Assembly (NCBI GenBank): GCA_964350165.1
Contig: CAYGJA010000001.1
Span: 174,545 to 238,544 of the forward strand
Length of the DNA stretch: 64,000 nt
Source of the DNA: an uncultured Candidatus Saccharibacteria bacterium
GTDB lineage: Bacteria > Patescibacteriota > Minisyncoccia > Phycocordibacterales > UBA1006
Direction of reading: 5' to 3'
The translations under genes and the position numbers were made by a program. The notes under the pieces are model-generated. The model saw only the letters and a program-made list of their open reading frames with translations. It was not told the origin of the DNA and made no database searches. Position 1 is the stretch's first letter. Each line of letters begins with the position of its first letter. Below, in pieces: positions 1 to 9,048 of the stretch.

Positions 1-151
1 TGTCAGGAGACACAAAAAACGAGGGTGTTTTTTCTTGAGTAAAAGGTGATTTGCCCCGCAAATGATTACCAGCCGGAGTTAGAGCCACGTACCAACTAAC
101 CACTTCTTCAATGGCTAAGCGGTCTTTTATTTGTTGTACGGCTCCACTCAT
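1..151 (-). CDS. dnaG: DNA primase, N-terminal zinc-binding domain (gene runs off the window start)
   Basis: Not in the ORF track. Manual translation from ATG 151 gives MSGAVQQIKDRLAIEEVVSWYVALTPAGNHLRGKSPFTQEKTPSFFVSPD, matching the CHC2 zinc-finger region (xPFxxEKTPSFxV). Confidence 0.88.
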   Translation of the reverse strand, partial: MSGAVQQIKDRLAIEEVVSWYVALTPAGNHLRGKSPFTQEKTPSFFVSPD

Positions 152-229
152 GATGACAAGCAACTCACATGATTAAGTTGGTAAATTGTTCGTGGCACGG
201 ATAGCCATGAACACGCCGACAAAGACAAG

Positions 230-3200
230 CTATTCTATTTCTTCTGACTCTTCAGCCATCATCCTTAGACCTCCAAAATCAACAAAATCATCGTTGAGCC
301 CAGTACCAGCCGGGATAAGCGAACCAATGATTACGTTTTCTTTTAGTCCTCGAAGCTCGTCTTCCTCTCCTTTGATTGCATTGTTAATCAAGGTTCGAGT
401 AGTGTGCTGGAATGAAGCCGATGACAACCAGCTCTTGGTTGACAGAGACACTTCAGAGATTCCCATAGAGACAACTTCTGATTTTGCTTCTTCTTGACCA
501 GCTTCTCGAGCCTTGTCGTTTTGTTCTAGGAATTCAATCAATTCTACAACCTCACCAGTGGTGAACGAAGTATCTCCTGGTTCAGTTATCTTTCGTCTAG
601 AGAACATCTGGCGAATAATTACCTCAAGATGCTTGCCCGCAATTGGCGAACCATGCAAGTCGTAAACCTTGTTGGTCTCGTGGATGACATATTGTTGAGC
701 TTTTTCGAGCCCTCCGTACTTGAAGACGTCCTGGATAACAGCCGAACCATCAGTCAGCAAGCTTCCAGCCTCTACGCGGTCACCCTTGGCAACCACCGGA
801 ACACGTCGCAGTCCAACTGAATATTCTTTGGATTGAGCTTTTTTGGTTCCATCAGCTTCACTCAAGACTTCGATGATGCGCTTTTCTCCGTCCTTGCGAA
901 CCGCGATAACTTCTCCATCGCGCTCGGCAACAGTGGCAGGACTCTTTGGTGTTCGTCGCTCAAAGAGCTCTTCGACACGAGGAAGACCGGTCGTAATATC
1001 AAGCCCAGTAACACCTCCGGCATGGAAAGTTCGAAGAGTAAGCTGTGTACCTGGTTCTCCAATGGCCTGAGCTGCCACGATACCGACCGCTTCGCCAATT
1101 TTTACCAATCCCAAACGTCCAAGATCAAGACCATAACACTGTTGGCACAAGCCGTGACGAGATTCACAAATAAGCGGTGACCGCACGGCCCCCTCTTTTA
1201 TAGAAAGTCCGGCAATCGTTTCGGCATCATGCTTGGTAACCATGTGTCCAGCTTTGAATACGACATTACCATCAGTATCCTTGAGATCCTTGGCAAGAAC
1301 TCGCCCCTTGAGTCCGTCAGAGATAGGCTTCACAATTCCTTCTATGTTTTCTTCGGTGACAACCAAGAATTCTTTGGTTCCACAATCTTCTTCTCGGATC
1401 ACGATATCCTGAGAAACATCAACCAGTCGACGAGTTAGATACCCAGCTTTGGCGGTGTTGAGCGCGGTGTCAGTCAATCCTTTTCGAGAACCGTGAGTAG
1501 TAATAAAGTACTCAATTGGAGAGAGTCCTTCTTTATAAGAAGGGATAATTGGGAATTCAATAGCACGCCCCTGGGTGTTCACAATCACACCCTTCATTCC
1601 GGCCATCATGGTGGCGTTTCCAAGATTACCTCGAGCTTTTGAAGTGATCATGTCTGACAATGAAATTGACTGAGAAAGTGTTTCGGCAATCAAGCCTTCA
1701 ATTGTCACTTTGACCCCTTCCCAAAGCTCAATAATTCTCTGATATCGTTCGTCTTCAGAAATAAGACCTTCTTCGAACTGTTCCTTGATTTCTTTTGCCT
1801 TCTTTCTTCCTTCGGCAACTACTTTTTCTTTTCCAGCAGGAACGATCACGTCGTCAATACCCCAGGTGGTTCCTGACAAGGTTACATAACGGAATCCAAA
1901 ATTCTTGATTTTGTCCAAAATCGGAGCAGTAGCATCAATGCCATAGCGATCGATGACTTGATCAATAAGACCTGATAGATCTGTTTTCTTTACCGCAGTG
2001 TTAATAAATCCAAAGTCTGATGGGAAAATAGAGTTAAACAAAAGTCGCCCAACAGTAGTTTCGAACGGTCGCCCTTCAAATTCTTGATAACGCAAGCTAT
2101 CCGTTCCCAATACTTTGATTTTGGCTCGGAAATCTACATGACCATATTCATAAGCCAGAATAGCTTCGTTAGGGCTTGAGTAGATAGATCCTTCACCATT
2201 AGCATTTTCAACATTTTTTGTCATCCAATAAACACCCAGAACAATATCCTGCGAAGGTGCCACCACTGGACTTCCGTCTTGTGGTTTGAGTAGGTTTTTG
2301 TTTGAAGCAATCAGCTGTTCTGCTTCTTTCTGTGCTTTTTCTGATAGCGGCAAGTGAACCGCCATCTGGTCACCATCGAAGTCGGCGTTAAAAGCGGTAC
2401 AAACCAACGGGTGAACCTGAATAGCTTTTCCTTCGATCAATCGTGGCTTGAAAGCCTGAATAGAAAGTCGGTGCAATGTAGGCGCACGGTTAAGCAACAC
2501 GTGTCGTCCTTCGATGACCTCTTCGAGTATTTCCCAAACTTCTGGCACTCCTTCTTCAATAAGCCTACCAGCTCCACGAATATTAAAGGCCAGTTCTCGT
2601 TCGATAATCTTGGCAATAACAAATGGGCGGAACAATTCGAGGGCCATGTATTTTGGTAGACCACATTCATTAAGACGCAAGGTTGGCCCCACCACAATAA
2701 CGGAACGAGCCGAGTAGTCTACACGCTTACCGAGCAAGTTTTGACGGAAGAGACCTTGTTTTCCTTTTAGATTATCGGATAGCGATTTCAGCTGACGTCG
2801 CTGTGACTGACTCATGGCTGCATTACCAGATCCTTTTTTGATTGAGTTATCAATCAGAGCATCTACGGCCTCCTGAAGAATACGTTTTTCGTTTCTCAAA
2901 ATAACGTCAGGAGCATGAATATCCATCAGTTTTTTCAAACGATTGTTTCGGTTGATAACGCGACGGTACAGGTCATTAATATCAGAAGTAGCATAGCGAC
3001 CACCTTCGAGACCAACCATTGGACGAATAGCTGGAGGAATGACGGGGATAACTTTTAGGAACATCCACTCTGGACGAGTTCCTGATTTTATCAACGATCG
3101 AACCAGAGATAGTCTTTTTTCGAGCTTCACCTGATTGGCCTTGTCGCTCTCTTCCATTTCTTTTGCCAAAGCGGCTTCTAATTCTTCAAGGTTCATGCTC

Positions 3201-3892
3201 TTGAAAATGTCATAGATAGCCTCTGCACCAATGTGTGCCTCAAAAATGGTTCCAAATTTCATGGAATAATTATGATACTCAAGTTCAGACAGAACCGCGT
3301 GTGGCCTGATGTCTTGAATGCTTTTTTTCATTTCTGAGAATTTTTCACGCAAACGGTCTTTGTCTTCTTCGGTTTCCAAAAGTTTAACTTTTGTCTTGTA
3401 TTCTTGTTCAAGCTCTCGCAAAACTTCACGTTTTTCGTCTTCATGAACTTTGGTGACAATGTAGCCGGCAAAATAAACCACTTTTTCCAGGTAATTTACA
3501 GGAATATCCAAAAGCAAGCTCATGCGTGATGGAATACCTCGCAACATCCAGATGTGAGAAACAGGACTAGCTAGCTCGATGTGCCCCATTCGTTCACGGC
3601 GTACTACCGCTCGAGTTATCTCGACTCCACATTTTTCACAGATAATTCCTCGATATTTTACTCCTCGATATTTTTTACAATAACATTCGTAGTCTTTTTC
3701 TGGTCCAAAAATTCGTTCGTCAAAAAGACCACTTCGCTCACTGCGTCCGGTTCGATAGTTGATTGTTTCTGGTTTGGTGATTTCACCACGTGACCACTCC
3801 TGAATACGTTCAGGACTAGCAAGTTTTAGCGAAATGCGATGTGGGATATATGACGCTGGCCCTCTTTGATTTGATGATTGTTGATTTTCCAT
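230..3892 (-). CDS. rpoC: RNA polymerase beta' subunit
   Basis: NADFDGD active site, N-terminal Zn finger CYC...CEKC, GEPGTQLTLRTFH. Start set at ATG 3892. Confidence 0.99.
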   Translation of the reverse strand: MENQQSSNQRGPASYIPHRISLKLASPERIQEWSRGEITKPETINYRTGRSERSGLFDERIFGPEKDYECYCKKYRGVKYRGIICEKCGVEITRAVVRRERMGHIELASPVSHIWMLRGIPSRMSLLLDIPVNYLEKVVYFAGYIVTKVHEDEKREVLRELEQEYKTKVKLLETEEDKDRLREKFSEMKKSIQDIRPHAVLSELEYHNYSMKFGTIFEAHIGAEAIYDIFKSMNLEELEAALAKEMEESDKANQVKLEKRLSLVRSLIKSGTRPEWMFLKVIPVIPPAIRPMVGLEGGRYATSDINDLYRRVINRNNRLKKLMDIHAPDVILRNEKRILQEAVDALIDNSIKKGSGNAAMSQSQRRQLKSLSDNLKGKQGLFRQNLLGKRVDYSARSVIVVGPTLRLNECGLPKYMALELFRPFVIAKIIERELAFNIRGAGRLIEEGVPEVWEILEEVIEGRHVLLNRAPTLHRLSIQAFKPRLIEGKAIQVHPLVCTAFNADFDGDQMAVHLPLSEKAQKEAEQLIASNKNLLKPQDGSPVVAPSQDIVLGVYWMTKNVENANGEGSIYSSPNEAILAYEYGHVDFRAKIKVLGTDSLRYQEFEGRPFETTVGRLLFNSIFPSDFGFINTAVKKTDLSGLIDQVIDRYGIDATAPILDKIKNFGFRYVTLSGTTWGIDDVIVPAGKEKVVAEGRKKAKEIKEQFEEGLISEDERYQRIIELWEGVKVTIEGLIAETLSQSISLSDMITSKARGNLGNATMMAGMKGVIVNTQGRAIEFPIIPSYKEGLSPIEYFITTHGSRKGLTDTALNTAKAGYLTRRLVDVSQDIVIREEDCGTKEFLVVTEENIEGIVKPISDGLKGRVLAKDLKDTDGNVVFKAGHMVTKHDAETIAGLSIKEGAVRSPLICESRHGLCQQCYGLDLGRLGLVKIGEAVGIVAAQAIGEPGTQLTLRTFHAGGVTGLDITTGLPRVEELFERRTPKSPATVAERDGEVIAVRKDGEKRIIEVLSEADGTKKAQSKEYSVGLRRVPVVAKGDRVEAGSLLTDGSAVIQDVFKYGGLEKAQQYVIHETNKVYDLHGSPIAGKHLEVIIRQMFSRRKITEPGDTSFTTGEVVELIEFLEQNDKAREAGQEEAKSEVVSMGISEVSLSTKSWLSSASFQHTTRTLINNAIKGEEDELRGLKENVIIGSLIPAGTGLNDDFVDFGGLRMMAEESEEIE

Positions 3893-3916
3893 AAACACTT
3901 TAAATTAGATGACTTA

Positions 3917-6900
3917 TTACGCGTCCATATCGTCACGTTTTGATAATTGAACATCCAACGACAGACCCTTGAGGTATTTCAATAATACGTTGAACGAAGC
4001 CGGCAAGCCCGGATCCTTGATTTTTTCTCCCTTGATGATGGCGTCAAAAGCAGCCGAACGTCCCAGAATATCGTCTGACTTGATGGTCAGCATTTCACGC
4101 AGCGTATGTGCGGCGCCGTATCCCTCCAAGGCCCAGACTTCCATTTCTCCAAATCTCTGTCCTCCGTTCTGACTTTTTCCTCCTAGTGGCTGTTGTGTAA
4201 TCAATGAGTATGGTCCAACCGAACGAGCGTGCATCTTGTCTTGGATCATGTGAGCCAATTTCAGCATGTACATATAACCAACCGCAACTGGCTGATCAAA
4301 AGCCTCTCCTGTTCGACCGTCATACAAGGTAACTTTTCCTGTTTCGGAAATACCAGCTTTTACTAATTCTTCTTTAATTTCTTCGGCGGTTGCACCTCCG
4401 AATGGTGGAACGACTGCCTGATAGCCATTCTTATAAGCAGCCATACCCAAGTGAAGCTCGAGGATCTGACCCAGGTTCATACGCGAAGGAACTCCCAGCG
4501 GTGTCAAAATCAAATCAATCGGCGTTCCGTCTTCCATGTACGGCATATCTTCTTCGGGCAAGACAACCGAGACAACACCCTTGTTTCCGTGACGTCCAGC
4601 CAACTTGTCTCCCACTTGGAGGTTTCGCATTTGTGCGATTTCTATATAGACCTTTTTGAGAACTCCAGACTCAAGTTGATGTCCTTGTTCCCGAGAGAAT
4701 ACCTTTACTCCTACGACACGACCGTACTTGCCGTTATCCATACGCAAAGAAGTGTCTTTTACGTCTCGGGATTTTTCTCCAAAAATAGAACGAAGCAAGC
4801 GCTCTTCGGGAGTCAATTCGGTCTCTCCTTTTGGAGTAATTTTTCCAATCAAAATATCTCCTTCGTGAATTTCGGCACCAATTCTAATGATTCCGTTCTC
4901 ATCTAGATTGCGTAGCTTGTTTTCGCTTACATTAGGAATATCGTAGGTGGTAATTTCCGGCCCAAGCTTGGTGTCGCGAACCACACATTCGTATTCCTCG
5001 AGTCGAATGCTAGAAAAAATGCTGTTTTTCACCAATCGCTCTGAAACAATGATGGCATCTTCGTAGTTCTGACCACGCCAACACATGAAAGCAATAAAAA
5101 TGTTTTGACCAATCGCCAGTTGTCCTTCCTGAGAAGTAGACATGTCAGCTAATACGTCACCTTTTTTGATTTTTTGTCCAGGCGAAACTACCGGTCGCTG
5201 ATGCAACGTAGAGTAAGCATTGGTACGCAAATAGTTAAGTAAGGTGTATTCGATTTTTTTATCATCTTTGGTTTTGATGACGATTTTGCGAGCGTCGACA
5301 TAGTCAACTTCTCCGTCAGCGGTAGCAATTACCACGCGTCCAGTATTACGGGCAGCGGTTTCTTCCATACCAGTAGCCACCAGCGGAGCTTCGGCGTGCA
5401 CACAAGGCATCGCCTGCTTCTGCATGTTTGATCCCATGAGTGCTCGGTTGGCGTCATTGTGGTCGAGAAACGGAACCAAAGAAGTTGCCACTGAGAATGC
5501 TTGGTTGGTCGCAACATCGATAAAATCAATAGCGTCACGATGTACTTCTCCTGGTCGCTTGGAGACTCGAGCGGTTACGTATTCGTCAATAATCTTTCCG
5601 TCTTTTTCATCATAATTAGTAGCAGCATGAGCGATACTAAACTTGTCTTCTTCGCGAGCGTTCAAATACACGATTTCTCCCGTAATTTTGCCCTTCTTTA
5701 CTCGAACATAAGGAGTTTCGATTACACCGAACTCATTGATGCGAGCGTAAATAGAAAGACGCAAAATAAGACCAATGTTTGGACCTTCTGGGGTGTGGAT
5801 TGGACAAACACGACCATAATGAGATGGATGAACGTCACGAACCTCAAAACCAGCTCGCTCTCGAGTCAGACCTCCTTTTCCAAGGGCTGACACTGTACGC
5901 AAGTCTTCAATTTCGGCCAAGGCGTTTTCCTGACTCATGAACTTGGACAGCTGGTTCGTGGCAAAGAATTCCTTGACGCGTGCCTGCAATGGTCGCTGGT
6001 TGATGATTTTTATAGGAAGAGTGGTCTCCGAATCAATGGTAGACATTTTGTCTTGGATGTTTCGTTTCATCTGAGACATTCCTTTTCGTACTTTTTGTTG
6101 TACTTGTTCACCGACAAATTTCACACGACGAACTTCGAGATCATCAATATCATCTGGAACAGATCCGGGAGTAACGTTCATCATGAACACGTGCTTGACG
6201 GTTTTGGTCAGGTCTTCCAGAGTGTAGCTGGTAACCTTGAGAGATTCTTCGTCACGACCCAAATCAAAACGTCGGTTGAAACGATAGCGCCCTACACGAG
6301 ACAAGTCAAAACGCTCTTCACTAAACAACGAGTCGACATATTCCTTGGCATTTTCCAGGGTAGCCATTTCTCCATCACGCAATTTTCGGTAAATCTCAAT
6401 GTAGCTTTCGTCTTGATTTTTGGCTGGATCCTTGGCAAGAGCGCGATCAATAGCCTCTTTTTCATAATCTTCGGGAAAAGCCTTGAGCATGTCTTTCTTT
6501 TCGGTCATTCCCATCACGCGCAAAAGCGAGGTGATTACAAATTTTCGTTTTTTGTCGATACGAACATATAGCACACCGTCGCTACCGGTTTCGAATTCCA
6601 CCCACGAGCCACGGGCTGGAATAACTTTTCCGCCAAACAATATTCCCTTTCGTGTTTCGCGACTAGTAAAGAAAACACCAGTACTACGCGCCAATTGTGG
6701 CACCACTACACGCTCGACTCCGTTCACAATAAAAGTACCGTGCGGTGTCATCAATGGAACCTCGGTTAGAAATATTTCTTGTTCTTTTTTCTCGTTGTGG
6801 GTTTTGTTGTGGAGAGTTACTCGTGCTTTGAGGCCGGTTTCGTAGGTTTTTTTGTTTTCGCGAGCATGCTGTTCGTCAAACTCTGGTTTTTCGATGTGCA

Positions 6901-7096
6901 AAGCATCGATGGTTAGTTCAAACTTTTTGTTTGAATAGTCAGTGATAGGAGTAAACTCCATAATGGCTTCCTTGAGTCCTTCTTCGAGGAACCAGGTATA
7001 GCTATTGATTTGGTTTTCAACCAAGTTTGGCATTTCTGCCAGAGGTTTTTTAAATTTGGAAAAGGTCTTTTGATTGGCGATGTTTGGTTTTGGCAT
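3917..7096 (-). CDS. rpoB: RNA polymerase beta subunit
   Basis: GDKLAGRHGNKG, GGQRFGEMEVWALE, RALMGSNMQ. Start set at ATG 7096 (MPKP). Confidence 0.99.
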   Translation of the reverse strand: MPKPNIANQKTFSKFKKPLAEMPNLVENQINSYTWFLEEGLKEAIMEFTPITDYSNKKFELTIDALHIEKPEFDEQHARENKKTYETGLKARVTLHNKTHNEKKEQEIFLTEVPLMTPHGTFIVNGVERVVVPQLARSTGVFFTSRETRKGILFGGKVIPARGSWVEFETGSDGVLYVRIDKKRKFVITSLLRVMGMTEKKDMLKAFPEDYEKEAIDRALAKDPAKNQDESYIEIYRKLRDGEMATLENAKEYVDSLFSEERFDLSRVGRYRFNRRFDLGRDEESLKVTSYTLEDLTKTVKHVFMMNVTPGSVPDDIDDLEVRRVKFVGEQVQQKVRKGMSQMKRNIQDKMSTIDSETTLPIKIINQRPLQARVKEFFATNQLSKFMSQENALAEIEDLRTVSALGKGGLTRERAGFEVRDVHPSHYGRVCPIHTPEGPNIGLILRLSIYARINEFGVIETPYVRVKKGKITGEIVYLNAREEDKFSIAHAATNYDEKDGKIIDEYVTARVSKRPGEVHRDAIDFIDVATNQAFSVATSLVPFLDHNDANRALMGSNMQKQAMPCVHAEAPLVATGMEETAARNTGRVVIATADGEVDYVDARKIVIKTKDDKKIEYTLLNYLRTNAYSTLHQRPVVSPGQKIKKGDVLADMSTSQEGQLAIGQNIFIAFMCWRGQNYEDAIIVSERLVKNSIFSSIRLEEYECVVRDTKLGPEITTYDIPNVSENKLRNLDENGIIRIGAEIHEGDILIGKITPKGETELTPEERLLRSIFGEKSRDVKDTSLRMDNGKYGRVVGVKVFSREQGHQLESGVLKKVYIEIAQMRNLQVGDKLAGRHGNKGVVSVVLPEEDMPYMEDGTPIDLILTPLGVPSRMNLGQILELHLGMAAYKNGYQAVVPPFGGATAEEIKEELVKAGISETGKVTLYDGRTGEAFDQPVAVGYMYMLKLAHMIQDKMHARSVGPYSLITQQPLGGKSQNGGQRFGEMEVWALEGYGAAHTLREMLTIKSDDILGRSAAFDAIIKGEKIKDPGLPASFNVLLKYLKGLSLDVQLSKRDDMDA

Positions 7097-7293
7097 AAAA
7101 ATAAAAAACAAAAAGCACCAGATATTTCTGAAAGCTTTGCGACGTTAATAATTATTGTACGGGGACCCCAGAGGTTGGCATAACAACCAAGCGCTTTTAG
7201 CACTGATAATAAAAACACAAGCGCACTTACAGCCACAACACATTCGTGCACACTTCGTGCTGTCTGTATAACATAAAAATAGTTTTGGGTCAA
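7097..7293 (-). promoter_or_regulatory. rpoB promoter and ~160-nt leader ending in a terminator-like hairpin
   Basis: Minus strand TTGACC (7293-7288), 17 nt, then TG-N-TATACA (7270-7265). Hairpin 7112-7138 is followed by a U-rich run to the ATG. Confidence 0.55.
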
Positions 7294-7305
7294 AGAAGAG
7301 GCTGT

Positions 7306-7947
7306 TTATTCCCCGCCAGATATTCGCCAGGCGTCTATCTTTTTGTGGTCTCCAGAAACAAGTACTTCGGGTACATCATAGTGTTGTTTTCCCCAAGCTA
7401 AAGACGGCGGCCTGGTGTAGGTTCGATGGCCAGCTGCTCGCGATTCTTCTATGGAATCAAATGACCCCAGCGTTCCAGGAATACGCCTAGCCATAGCATC
7501 TATAACCGCCATGGCTGGTACTTCCCCGCCAGTCAACACAAAGTCCCCGATAGATACCTCTTCGGCATTGGTGATTTGCCGCACACGGTCATCTACCCCC
7601 TCATATCTACCAGAGATAAGTACCAAATGACGGTATTCTTCTAGCCAGCCCTGCCCCAGAGTATTGGTAAAATCTGTTCCACCAGGAGAAAAAATGATTG
7701 TTTTTACTTTTGTTTTTCTACCCACGGCTTTTTTCCAGGCTTTGAGAATAGGCTCGGCCAGCATCACCATGCCAGGTCCGCCACCATACGGACGGTCATC
7801 TACGTTACGGTGCTTGTCTTTGGTGAATTCTCTTGGGTCATAATAAGAAACAGCAAAATTCCCCTGCGCCTGGGAACGGCCCAACACTGATTCGGACAAG
7901 TAAGCCTTTATTGGTTCGGGAAACAATGTAATCACATGAAAATGCAT
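7306..7947 (-). CDS. trmD: tRNA (guanine-N1)-methyltransferase
   Basis: VDDRPYGGGPGMVM, GRYEGVDDR, SIGDFVLTGGE. Start at ATG 7947. Confidence 0.97.
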   Translation of the reverse strand: MHFHVITLFPEPIKAYLSESVLGRSQAQGNFAVSYYDPREFTKDKHRNVDDRPYGGGPGMVMLAEPILKAWKKAVGRKTKVKTIIFSPGGTDFTNTLGQGWLEEYRHLVLISGRYEGVDDRVRQITNAEEVSIGDFVLTGGEVPAMAVIDAMARRIPGTLGSFDSIEESRAAGHRTYTRPPSLAWGKQHYDVPEVLVSGDHKKIDAWRISGGE

Positions 7948-7978
7948 AAGCGTAGTGTACTTTTGAATAAGCCCAAAC

Positions 7979-8007
7979 ACAAATCCCGCTCCAAGAGCGG
8001 GATTTGT
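7979..8007 (-). terminator. Intrinsic terminator after rpsP-khpA
   Basis: Perfect 13-bp inverted repeat ACAAATCCCGCTC-CAA-GAGCGGGATTTGT. Confidence 0.75.
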
Positions 8008-8031
8008 AGTTTGAAAGGTTGCTTGTTGGCT

Positions 8032-8409
8032 CTACAAGTCAGACTTTAGGTCTTCGAGAGCCGCGTCCATCTCGGCAGTGATATCTGATCCAGATGGGAT
8101 CTCTGCTTCTCCAGACATGTCCGCAGCATTGTCTACGTAACTATCTCGAGGTGCACGTCCTTCTGGTTCATTGATTTTTAGGTTTACGCGAGCCTGGTTT
8201 TTCATGCCAACCACTCGAAGCAAGGTTCTGATTGCTTTTGCGGTGGCGCCTTTTCTACCAATCACCTTTCCCATGTCTTCTGGATTTAGGTCGAGTGTTA
8301 GCAAGACACCCATTTCGTCTACAGTTCGGACAATTTTTACATCGTCTGGGAAATCCACTAATGACTTAACAAGATTTTCTAGAAAAACCTCTGGTGATGA
8401 AATATCCAT
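8032..8409 (-). CDS. khpA: KH-domain RNA-binding protein (KhpA/YlqC family) with acidic tail
   Basis: DMGKVIGRKGATAKAIRTLL KH motif. Canonical position between rpsP and trmD. Confidence 0.93.
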   Translation of the reverse strand: MDISSPEVFLENLVKSLVDFPDDVKIVRTVDEMGVLLTLDLNPEDMGKVIGRKGATAKAIRTLLRVVGMKNQARVNLKINEPEGRAPRDSYVDNAADMSGEAEIPSGSDITAEMDAALEDLKSDL

Positions 8410-8507
8410 ATCAGTATAAAACTAGGATTGTAAAGAGCGTCTATGAGAACAAGACGACTCAAAAAATTTTAAGCCAGTGAGAATGCAAGTCAAGCGAGGA
8501 GCTGGCT

Positions 8508-8966
8508 TTAGGCAGCTGGTTCTTCTTCGGCTGGAGCCTCTTTCGGTGCTTCTTCTTCGGCAACGGGAGCTTCTTCTGCGACTAGAGCTTCGGCTTCTGG
8601 AGCGACTTCTTCTGCTGGAGTTTCTTCAGAGGCTGTCTCTTTAGTGGCTGGAGCTTCTTCTTTTGGTTCTTCGGCCACTACTTCTTTTACTGGAGCAGTT
8701 TTCTTGGGAAGAGCGTTTTTCTTGGGAGCATCAATCACGCCTTCTCGCACAAGCATGTTGTGCACCGTGACAGATGGCTGAGCACCTACGCTAATCCAAT
8801 GAGTAGCCTTATCTTTATCCAAGATAATGGTTCCCATTTTCATATTGTAAGAACCCAAAATATCTACGTACTTGCCGCTTTTTGGTCCTTGGTGAGCGTT
8901 CATAACAACGATCCGACAGTGTGGATCATTCTTGCGCCCGTTTTGTTGCAATCGCATCTTTAACAT
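8508..8966 (-). CDS. rpsP: 30S ribosomal protein S16 with long acidic Ala/Glu/Pro tail
   Basis: MLKMRLQ...RIVV...LGSYN...GAQPSVTVHNML. Confidence 0.95.
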   Translation of the reverse strand: MLKMRLQQNGRKNDPHCRIVVMNAHQGPKSGKYVDILGSYNMKMGTIILDKDKATHWISVGAQPSVTVHNMLVREGVIDAPKKNALPKKTAPVKEVVAEEPKEEAPATKETASEETPAEEVAPEAEALVAEEAPVAEEEAPKEAPAEEEPAA

Positions 8967-9048
8967 GGCCGTCATACTACCAGAGCATTTTTAAAAATGC
9001 AATCCTTCATTTGCCGAATGAAGCTTTTTGCACCATACTGACCCCATA

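Noticed and set aside
8508-8700. Repetitive GCTTCTTC-like sequence
   Set aside because: It encodes the low-complexity EEAPA tail of S16 and is not a CRISPR or DNA repeat.
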